A DNA stretch of 13,492 nucleotides from Naegleria gruberi (Eukaryota). The notes under the pieces were generated by a model, which saw only the letters and a list, made by a program, of their open reading frames with translations, had not been told where the DNA came from and ran no database searches. Below are positions 7,301-12,831 of this stretch, in pieces. The first letter of the stretch is position 1. The number at the start of each line of letters is the position of its first letter. The stretch lies in NCBI GenBank assembly GCA_000004985.1, contig GG738994.1. One strand, given 5' to 3'. Position numbers and translations under genes: made by a program.

Positions 7301-8816
7301 AGTTTCTCCTGCTACAGGTGTTGCTTTACAAGACGATTTCCAAATCAAGTGTGGTAATGGTTGGTATGATACTCAACTTCCTTTGATGTATGAATTCAAA
7401 TACAGAGTGGTAGGAGATTCAACTTGGAAGGTTTTGTCAGAAATGTCTGAAAAGAAATCAATCACTTCTCAATTACCAGCTGGTAAAATTGAAATCAAGA
7501 CAATTGTTTATGATTCTCTTTCTGCCTCCTCTGAAACTACAACTCTTGTTACTGTTACTGTCCCTTCCCTTAGTGAAGCCATTGCTGCTTTGAATGTTTC
7601 TCAAATGGGTACAGTTTCAGTTGCTTCAGTTTCATCTGCATTGAGTTTAGTAAGTGAAATTACTGTTTCCACTCCAGAACAAAAACAAGCCCTAGCACAA
7701 GCTAATAAGGCTCTTGTAGACAAATTCTTTGAACAACAAGACGTACAATCTCAAATCGTTTCTGAAACTTCTCAATCTGCCAGTTCAAAAGTTTCTGTTA
7801 TTTCTTCCATTAGTAATTGTTTAGGAAACTTCCCAGATGAAACCATTTCCAAGGTTATTGATCAGTTCTCTTCAACTATCTCATCAGCTTCTTCTTCATC
7901 TAATGTTAATATGAAGACAGATGATATTCAAAACTCCAAGGAAGCTGCTTTGAACCTCAAGAGCTATGTTTCAAATGCCATTTCAAAGAGAGCAGTAACT
8001 ACTCTTACTGTCAAGGATTTGGCAAAGATTGATGGCATCTATAGCAATATTGTTAATGTCGAACTTAAGAGTGCAGTTGCTGATATGCCAGCTGTCAGAA
8101 GTACTGGTGTTGATTCATCTATTTATGCCAGACTTGTCAGTATTTCAACCCTTAGTGGTTTGTCTGGTTTTGTTGATGATACAAGCTTTTCTTCATCCTA
8201 TTTTGAAATGAAGAATGTTTTCAGCTCTATGAAGAGATTTGAAAATGTTGACAGTGTTAAAATTGTCACAAAGGTTTACAAGTTGACCAACTCAACATTG
8301 AAAGCAATCAGTAAGGTGATTGACTTTGTCATTACTGAAAATGATAACAACCTTTCCTTTGCATCTGAAAATATCACTCTTGCCACAATCAAGATTGAAA
8401 AAGTCAAAACAGCAAGAACCTCATTCACACAAACACAAATTTCATGTTATTCAGTTCAAAACAATGTCTATTCCATCTCGCCAAATTGTAAAGTTGTTAG
8501 CACCAATAGTGCAACTGCAGATATTTCTGTTACTAACACTGGTTCCTATGTTGTTGCTGAAGTCACTGTGGACAGCCCAATTACTCCAACAAATTCCACG
8601 CCGAAACCAACAGAATCGAATAATAATAACATTGTCACTCCAATTCCTGGTGTTAATCAATCAGACTCCAACTTGTATTACATCATTTTTGTTCTGGCCA
8701 TAATACCTATTGTGTTATTGATAATTGTTGGTATATTGGTTTGTATTTGTTGTATGATCAAGAAGAAGAAGAAAAGACCAAGCCCAGGTCCAAGAGATAT
8801 CGAACTAACTGCTTAA
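3654..8816 (+). CDS. A 5.1 kb intronless exon encoding the C-terminal about 1720 aa of a giant type-I membrane protein. The order is Cys-rich repeats, a Frizzled-like CRD, nine EGF-like repeats, a REJ-like module, a helical Ser-rich region, a GPS-like remnant, a mucin-like stalk, one transmembrane helix and a short Lys-rich tail. The ATG at 3699 is not the true start.
   Basis: The track gives 1705 aa with no stop over 5118 nt of AT-rich DNA. The same frame is open from 3654, right after a TAA at 3651-3653 that abuts the gap. There it reads CTTGYITTDLSQPC, which mirrors CSTGFVVDNLGKC at 2820-2860. There is no signal peptide at MCNSTLKL. The C-terminus is YYIIFVLAIIPIVLLIIVGILVCICCMI followed by KKKKKRPSPGPRDIELTA and TAA at 8814-8816. 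Confidence 0.92.
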   Translation, partial: CTTGYITTDLSQPCSMCNSTLKLTLDQNGKCVCDASNGYVVGATGACVKYTAKCPIACGSNGACQLLTPTTSGCVCKNGFITTNETKPCSSCPQGKINSSSKCVCDTVNGYTINGTGCGCDASRGYIAGSDGLCSCNANLNLVTYGSSCVCKLNYHLVNGSCVLIPPACYGSSSCGIHGQCMYEDVNNTARTICQCDTGYTTASYSTSLCVDCARDYRMDKNYICKKSCVLDGYNDDCTTYVPADICAYTNPQTIPFCGFNIYRVRQRRFLRQNYTGELVYIGRDMVKDLDKSMIYYDTLAKNKTRDAMLELAKAGVVCDSKCKEHLTVLYCKSLVPMCDGTDAPIERTFCKQTCIDIWSQKLNYTVNLESKCEGLSVEDSCDSRPYINPSTQCFGVHYLNSSVCSGRGQCIQKDTCNCNNGYGGKNCEQFVCFIYKDTDIPVCNYRGKCVGPHTCACNGPWTGSDCQIPLCNRKTEKQGGCNFNGVCKLILGSPSCICASSGNWAKSDVSCSVCATGWGGPGCNVPVCNGVISTSPDVCGGRGGCDSIRLAQPSCTCLKGYEGNNCQNFKCNEIDRNSTSVCSGRGTCAGLNTCVCKGNFDPAKFCSECTPAYNGTDCTERVCTEAGTCNGNGICNSNGKCDCTGNWVGQFCDKCLPGFVGSSCNIKCDCNGRGSCNNDGSCICSENAEGTKCETCKTGWYGDKCDFSIDASSFGFSSNGDSISGTVYSSLKRKFDCSELILESSKLGKGAVCVVNSDSNLMTISLGRNASIVLDEVLTFKSYFNSSSTVSVTFAERDYIPTNPSISVTTDKTTISRACGFVYLDASGSTSTDRRTLQFSWSVQSAPSPLNGLTLTSLITNQQGSSGVTINSNSLGVGSYSVTATITSPFSGLSASSTVSFLVTDLTAPIVSIKEGSESTMTIGKIYSINPKITFPSCYGGNGPFTFTYALDVRNVIPVVVKQKYNILVFSEDYTKITEPGDYYFTFTVSQAGASSVTVPFKVTAKALPLSVGFNIGDRTQSVETEVSFTVSKSDPSNPSDNSGTVVLSCLDLDNSADCSGFTSGEANIDQTTLKFSKFMVPGPYLFTATFTKGSRSSSASIKVTVIDQPKDTVIRVSIAAPPNTDLTAVDPSSDFILQAYSSDVLSTDRVYTWSSPDLDMSGIVTSNKYILLPKILLVPGTFHIINLNVVDDQRSGEATISFTINSPPTVGILEVSPATGVALQDDFQIKCGNGWYDTQLPLMYEFKYRVVGDSTWKVLSEMSEKKSITSQLPAGKIEIKTIVYDSLSASSETTTLVTVTVPSLSEAIAALNVSQMGTVSVASVSSALSLVSEITVSTPEQKQALAQANKALVDKFFEQQDVQSQIVSETSQSASSKVSVISSISNCLGNFPDETISKVIDQFSSTISSASSSSNVNMKTDDIQNSKEAALNLKSYVSNAISKRAVTTLTVKDLAKIDGIYSNIVNVELKSAVADMPAVRSTGVDSSIYARLVSISTLSGLSGFVDDTSFSSSYFEMKNVFSSMKRFENVDSVKIVTKVYKLTNSTLKAISKVIDFVITENDNNLSFASENITLATIKIEKVKTARTSFTQTQISCYSVQNNVYSISPNCKVVSTNSATADISVTNTGSYVVAEVTVDSPITPTNSTPKPTESNNNNIVTPIPGVNQSDSNLYYIIFVLAIIPIVLLIIVGILVCICCMIKKKKKRPSPGPRDIELTA
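4392..4799 (+). other. Frizzled-type cysteine-rich domain (FZ-CRD)-like module.
   Basis: There are ten Cys. The core spacing CKEHLTVLYC-KSLVPMC-DGTDAPIERTFC-KQTC gives C-x8-C-x6-C-x11-C-x3-C. This matches the Fz CRD core (..FLCSMYAPVC..PPCRSLC..) as I recall it. A conserved Pro precedes the third Cys, and a Trp (IDIW) follows the CxxxC pair. Confidence 0.4.
4833..5771 (+). other. Array of about nine six-Cys EGF-like repeats of the tenascin / Dictyostelium type.
   Basis: Examples are VCSGRGQCIQKDTCNCNNGYGGKNCEQFVC, VCNYRGKCVGPHTCACNGPWTGSDCQIPLC, CSVCATGWGGPGCNVPVC, CDKCLPGFVGSSCNIKCDCNGRGSCNNDGSCIC and CETCKTGWYGDKCDF. Confidence 0.85.
6100..7570 (+). other. REJ-like module (receptor for egg jelly / polycystin-1 type). 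The core signature lies at 7270-7400.
   Basis: A Cys-poor, Ser/Thr-rich beta-strand region shows the pattern FTINSPPTVGILEVSPATGVALQDDFQIKCGNGWYDTQLPLMYEFKYRV. This fits the REJ signature nAPPsgG..v.P..GvAL...F.i.C.gW.D...PL.Y as I remember it from PKD1 and suREJ. Upstream there are SW/TW-containing repeats (SWSVQSAPSPLNG, TWSSPDLDMSG). Confidence 0.5.
8676..8759 (+). other. A single predicted transmembrane helix. It follows a Ser/Thr/Pro/Asn stalk (8580-8675) and precedes a (AAG)n-encoded KKKKK stop-transfer sequence.
   Basis: The sequence YYIIFVLAIIPIVLLIIVGILVCICCMI is 28 consecutive hydrophobic residues, with a basic cluster immediately after it. Confidence 0.8.
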
Positions 8817-9026
8817 TAAATTATCTTTTTCATTAACCACCCAAGTCTACCAATAATTTACTTGAAATACTTATTTTAGTTAAAAAAGTTATGAAGAATA
8901 GAATCTGCATGGCATAGATTAGAGGTAAGCTCTCGAAGCAGTTTCATAGTACGAGTGATAATACTCTTTTACATTTCGATTTGCATTGTCCTTATGATTT
9001 TGAAATTGAAAATTGATAGAAAAATC

Positions 9027-9914
9027 TCATGTAACTCTGTAAACCTTGATTCTATTATTTCCAGTATCAACAATAAACAAACGAGATGACCCGTAGCAGA
9101 ATGCAATTCCAGAAGGATATTTCAATGAATTTTCATGGTTTCCAAAGCTACCAATGCAAGTAGAACCAGAAAAGGGATTGTTAGGATGAAATTTTGAAAT
9201 TCTATGTGAATCCCACTCTGTAAGAAATATATCACCAGTTGACTTGTCCACAAAAACAGAGTTTGGTGCTTGAAATTCTCCCTTATCATTCCCAATACTT
9301 CCAAAGCTACTAATAAATTCTCCATTAGATTTCAGTATCTGTATGCGATTATTTCCACTGTCAGAAATAATGATATTCCCAGCACTGTCAATGTCAATAT
9401 CTCTTGGGAATGAGAATTGACCATATTCCTTTCCCATAGATCCAATCGATTTCAGTAATTCACCACCTGGAGAAAAAACTACAATTCTATGTTTAAACCA
9501 ATCACAAACATAGATATTTCCCTCATAGTCAACCACAACACCTGTTGGAGAATCCATTACATTCTTTGTTGTAACTCCTCCCCATCTCCATATCTCATTT
9601 CCATTAAAATCATATTTACAAATCAATGAATCTCGAGTGAAACTAATAATTAAAGTGTGATCCCAATGAACTGTCACTGCATTTGGTTTGAATGGTGTCG
9701 TAAACATGTACTTGAATGTCAGAGTTGACTCATCAAAAACCTGAATACGTCTATTATCTGTATCCACAACAAATATTAATTGATTTTTGAAATCAATAGC
9801 CACATCAGATGGATTCTTGAATTGACCATTCTGAGAACCATAACTTCCAATGCATCCAATCAATTCAAACTCGGACTGGCTCGTTTTCATTCCCGAACAA
9901 CCATTCACAGTCAT
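9027..9914 (-). CDS. Six-blade NHL-repeat beta-propeller protein. The ATG is at 9912-9914, and the track's TTG start at 9917 is an alternative-start artefact.
   Basis: Classic NHL repeats are present: PSDVAIDFKNQLIFVVDTDNRRIQVFDES, PTGVVVDYEGNIYVCDWFKHRIVVF, PRDIDIDSAGNIIISDSGNNRIQIL, PNSVFVDKSTGDIFLTEWDSHRISKF and PSGIAFCYGSSRLFIVDTGNNRIKVYRVT. The stop is TGA at 9027-9029. Confidence 0.85.
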   Translation of the reverse strand: MTVNGCSGMKTSQSEFELIGCIGSYGSQNGQFKNPSDVAIDFKNQLIFVVDTDNRRIQVFDESTLTFKYMFTTPFKPNAVTVHWDHTLIISFTRDSLICKYDFNGNEIWRWGGVTTKNVMDSPTGVVVDYEGNIYVCDWFKHRIVVFSPGGELLKSIGSMGKEYGQFSFPRDIDIDSAGNIIISDSGNNRIQILKSNGEFISSFGSIGNDKGEFQAPNSVFVDKSTGDIFLTEWDSHRISKFHPNNPFSGSTCIGSFGNHENSLKYPSGIAFCYGSSRLFIVDTGNNRIKVYRVT

Positions 9915-9917
9915 CAA

Positions 9918-10282
9918 TGTTGATGTTGTTTGATACTGACTATTATGATGACCATTAAAATTATGAAAATAGGACAGTGATGAATTCTTCTTAATTTCAT
10001 ATTGTTATTATTATTATTATCAATCATATAATTGTCATTGTTACTCATCGGAGTAGTTTCTATCAATGTTGTATGATGATCATGATCCATCAGTGCACTA
10101 CTATTAAAATTACTATTATTATTGTTGTTATTGTGATTATGATTGGGTAGAGATGAAGTCATCATCATCAACCTTCCATCAGAATCATAATGATGTGATG
10201 GTTGTGATGTTGGTGGTACCTCCGAAGCACAATCATCAAAGGATCGTTTCATTCGGTTTTTTTGTTTGTTGTATTGATGCAT
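9918..10282 (-). CDS. Possible N-terminal low-complexity, Asn/His-rich extension of the NHL gene. It lies in a different frame and needs a frame shift at about 9915-9990 to join.
   Basis: The 122-aa ORF reads MHQYNKQKNRMKRSFDDCASEVPPTSQPSHHYDSDGRLMMMTSSLPNHNHNNNNNNSNFNSS...DNNNNNN. It has moderate GC and is unlike spacer sequence. Just after the Asn tract it crosses into the NHL frame, which opens immediately after the (TAA)n reading of the same tract. Confidence 0.45.
10001..10018 (-). repeat. (AAT)6 tract encoding poly-Asn. A second imperfect AAT/AAC/CAT tract encoding NHNHNNNNNNSNFNSS lies at about 10100-10146.
   Basis: Seen directly in the sequence. Confidence 0.85.
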
Positions 10283-10411
10283 TTCGAACTTGCTACTTCG
10301 GAACAGATAATCTATTGTAAACTCAAGCCCAATATTTGATCATTACATTCAACATGTTGCAATTGAGCCATATTCTATTGAGCTTGCATTAAAACGTTGA
10401 CACATATTTAT

Positions 10412-11378
10412 TCAATGTTTTCTTCCCTTCTTAGTACTACCTCCCACTTTCTTACTTGTAGTAGAGCCACTAGATGTTTGTGCCTTACTCTTTCCCTCAT
10501 ATACAGCATTCTTGAACTTGTCAAAATACTTAAAATTGGTAACATCTGAGAGAATGGCCTTTGAACGTTGGAGAACATTCTGTCCTTTTGTTGGAGCATA
10601 GTTGCCACCACTACTTGGAGTTGATGCAGAGGAGAGATTATCATGTGAAGATAATAATCTTGTTGGGGATGTTGAATTGTTAACACTTTGTTGCTCAGTA
10701 GAGAATTCTGTACAATTGGTATTAGGAGATCTATTCGAAACACAGGATTCTGTGGAAATGTGTGAATCAGTGCTCTCTGGTGGCTTGTAATAAAGTAGTG
10801 CAAAATAGATTTTCTCCTTCATTATTTTGGAGTCGAATATTGGTTTGACTCGTTGAAGCTTGGAACTAAAATCATCCTCTGCGGAGAAATACTCAAACTC
10901 TTCATTAAGATTATTTTCTTCACTTGAAATAAGGCCATTATCAGCAATACTACCCTTAGACTCGTCACTAGGAGTTTCTTCAGTTGAAGCAACACTACCA
11001 GATTTTCCATTATCCGAAAGCGAATGATCATCAACAGTGCAACATTTTTCTTTTTCATAACTCTTTCTTACTGAAGGAAATTTAGCACATTCTTTTGGTT
11101 CATATTTAGAAAAAGAAAGAGAAGCAATTTTAATTCCTTTCACCCAATAGAACACCAAAACAGATAACAAATATTCGTAGATTAAGGTGCAAATGTAATT
11201 CTCTTCTCTCTTTCTTGTTACTAGCTGTACATGAAGAATAGCAGAACCATCCAGACACCACACTAAAGTGCAATCCCTTATCTTCAGCCATTTCCTTTAA
11301 AATCGGTTTTTTTGGTTCATCATTATCGGTTTCATCGATAATAAGTTCTAGGTTGCATGTAAGAAAGCCATGTTTCAT
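10412..11378 (-). CDS. Hypothetical acidic Ser-rich protein with a frame discontinuity. The N-terminal part (from ATG 11376-11378) is in one frame, and the rest (to TGA 10412-10414) is in another. The join is either a +/-1 frameshift in 11130-11263 or an intron at 11092-11221.
   Basis: ORF A (11130-11378) reads MKHGFLTCNLELIIDETDNDEPKKPILKEMAEDKGLHFSVVSGWFCYSSCTA. ORF B (10412-11263) reads ..KYEPKECAKFPSVRKSYEKEKCCTVDDHSLSDNGKSGSVASTEETPSDES..GSTKKGRKH. The sequence aaaaaaaATG precedes the start. A minus-strand GTAACA donor at 11221 and a ccaaaAG acceptor at 11092 would give an in-phase 130-nt intron. Confidence 0.6.
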
Positions 11379-11534
11379 TTTTTTTGTCTGTTTACCTCAA
11401 TATGAGAAGGATTGAACAAGGAACAAACATTTACTATTCAGTATTGTAGACACTAAGGTTTAGTTTTCATCCAAATTCCACAAAAAATATTGAAATAGTA
11501 ATAATTATGAAACTCTTAATAAAACAGAAGAATG

Positions 11535-11539
11535 AAAAA
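11535..11539 (-). terminator. Pol III T5 terminator immediately 3' of the 5S gene.
   Basis: On the minus strand, ..GTAGTC is followed directly by TTTTT. Confidence 0.7.
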
Positions 11540-11657
11540 GACTACAGCACCACAGGTTCCCAAGTTGTCTCCAATCTCAGTACTGATGTGGCTCGACGAT
11601 GCTTAACTTCTCAAATCGGACGGGATGAGGTGCATGAATCGTGATATGGCCGTAGCC
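11540..11657 (-). rRNA. 5S ribosomal RNA gene, about 118 nt.
   Basis: The minus strand reads GGCTACGGCCATATCACGATTCATGCACCTCATCCCGTCCGATTTGAGAAGTTAAGCATCGTCGAGCCACATCAGTACTGAGATTGGAGACAACTTGGGAACCTGTGGTGCTGTAGTC. This matches the universal 5S blocks GCCATAYCAC, CCCGTCCGAT.TG.GAAGTTAAGC, AGTACT..G.TGGGAGAC and CTGGGAA.ACC.GGTGCTGTAG. The 5' GGCUACGGC pairs with the 3' GCUGUAGUC to form helix I. Confidence 0.9.
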
Positions 11658-12126
11658 ATCAATTACCTTAAAAGTCTAATGATACAGCCAATCTGTCTTT
11701 AACCCGAATGGGCTATGACTAACAATGTCGGACAAATTCATAATGGATTGAAAATGATACCTTACCACAAACAAAGTATTGAATACGGCAATTGTTTCGA
11801 AACTTTGAATTTTGCTGTATTACTCCTCATTCTTCCTCTCAGTAATAAAGGTAGTAAATTGATGCAGCTTTCTTTCATTAAAAGATAAGCCAGGTTTCCT
11901 CAGTCCTCTGCAAGATGATGAGAATTTTACAATTTCCTCAGTAAAACCTACAACCATTATTCTGTCAAACACCCAACGGGTCGCTTTGACACTTGAATAT
12001 CCCCTCACCTACCCTGGATCTCATCCATGTTGGCCTGTTGAGTGCAGATAATCAATCTCGTATACCACTATTTCTTAACTTGAACTCTAACTAAAATTCC
12101 TACAACAGCGTATCAAAAGAATTTAA

Positions 12127-12292
12127 ATACTTACCGAAATTGGGTGGTGTGTAGTTTACAATAAACCTCTAGTGAGTGGGGCACAAGACTTTCCAATTCA
12201 TAAATTGTCTGAGAAATTATTTCAATTGTTAATTTTGGACGGGAAGCCTGCCAGGAATATGGCGACTATCCCGCTACAGTCTTGGACTGTAT
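12127..12292 (+). ncRNA. Candidate U1 snRNA-like gene. The alternative reading is a minus-strand 5' splice site (cgGTAAGTAT).
   Basis: The sequence begins ATACTTACC, which matches the U1 5' end AUACUUACC that pairs with GTAAGT donors. An Sm-like site AATTTTGG lies at 12231-12238. A perfect six-bp hairpin ACAGTCttgGACTGT lies at 12276-12290, where a 3'-terminal stem is expected. The total is about 165 nt, which is U1-sized. I could not identify loop I or loop II motifs. Confidence 0.25.
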
Positions 12293-12666
12293 GAACAGTG
12301 AAGGCAACTAATCTATTGATTGTTGGTTCAGTAAGTTATTGTTTAGAAAAACTTGCAACGTGACCATATATTTATCACATTTGAATTTTATCTACTTAGA
12401 AAGAGAAACTTGTGGTTGATCAATAAACCTTCAAATTTCGAATTTGAGTCTTCAAATATATTGTTTCGTATTGGCAAGTATAAATGTAATTCAAGACAGT
12501 GCAATGAATTTTGTTATAGTGCTTGATCATTAGAATTGTGAATTGGTATAAGGAAAGGTTTGATCGTTTCTCTAGTTAATTTTATTTTCTATTAGTTGAT
12601 AAAAAGAATAAGGTACCAATCTGCATGTTCACAAATCCCCCATTCACAAACCATGGCTGGTAAGGA

Positions 12667-12831
12667 ATGCAGCAATCATCTATGAACGAGGAAACCTACA
12701 ACGAAGCATGTTTCCAGTTCGATATCATGCTCAAGATATGTGACTACAGAGTCTTCATCTTGGTTAACCTCAAAGGTCAGATTGACTCAAAAAAGTCGAG
12801 TTTATGTATTCCTACAGAAAAGATCCTGTAG
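12667..12831 (+). CDS. Small 54-aa ORF, just below the track threshold. Its validity is uncertain.
   Basis: The ORF reads MQQSSMNEETYNEACFQFDIMLKICDYRVFILVNLKGQIDSKKSSLCIPTEKIL and ends at TAG 12829-12831. A TATAAAT motif at 12479-12485 and an ATGGCTGgtaagg (start plus donor-like) at 12653-12665 lie upstream in another frame. Confidence 0.2.
   Translation: MQQSSMNEETYNEACFQFDIMLKICDYRVFILVNLKGQIDSKKSSLCIPTEKIL

Noticed and set aside
4143-8660. Numerous 60-138 aa ORFs antisense to or out of frame within the giant gene. Examples are 4143-4454(-), 4915-5331(+), 5054-5434(-), 5437-5877(+), 6716-6919(-), 8320-8703(+) and 8451-8660(-).
   Set aside because: They lie entirely inside a strongly supported 5.1 kb ORF. 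They are by-products of the TGT/ACA-rich repeat sequence, and none has independent start or domain evidence.
9915-9990. A 36-nt GTCCTA..ATAG segment as an intron joining the Asn-rich ORF to the NHL ORF.
   Set aside because: It is too short and non-canonical, and it does not restore the frame. A simple indel or separate genes are more likely.
10408-11058. ORFs 10408-10803(-), 10602-10790(+) and 10822-11058(-), which overlap the hypothetical gene.
   Set aside because: They are alternative-frame readings inside the longer 283-aa ORF, with no independent support.
11914-11990. A TGATGA (C-box-like) motif suggesting a box C/D snoRNA.
   Set aside because: There is no CUGA D box or terminal stem at a suitable distance downstream.
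12140-12160. A GTGTAGT heptamer resembling the U2 snRNA branch-point-binding region.
   Set aside because: The flanking sequence does not match the highly conserved U2 5' end (AUCGCUUCUCGGCC..GGCUAAGAUCA).
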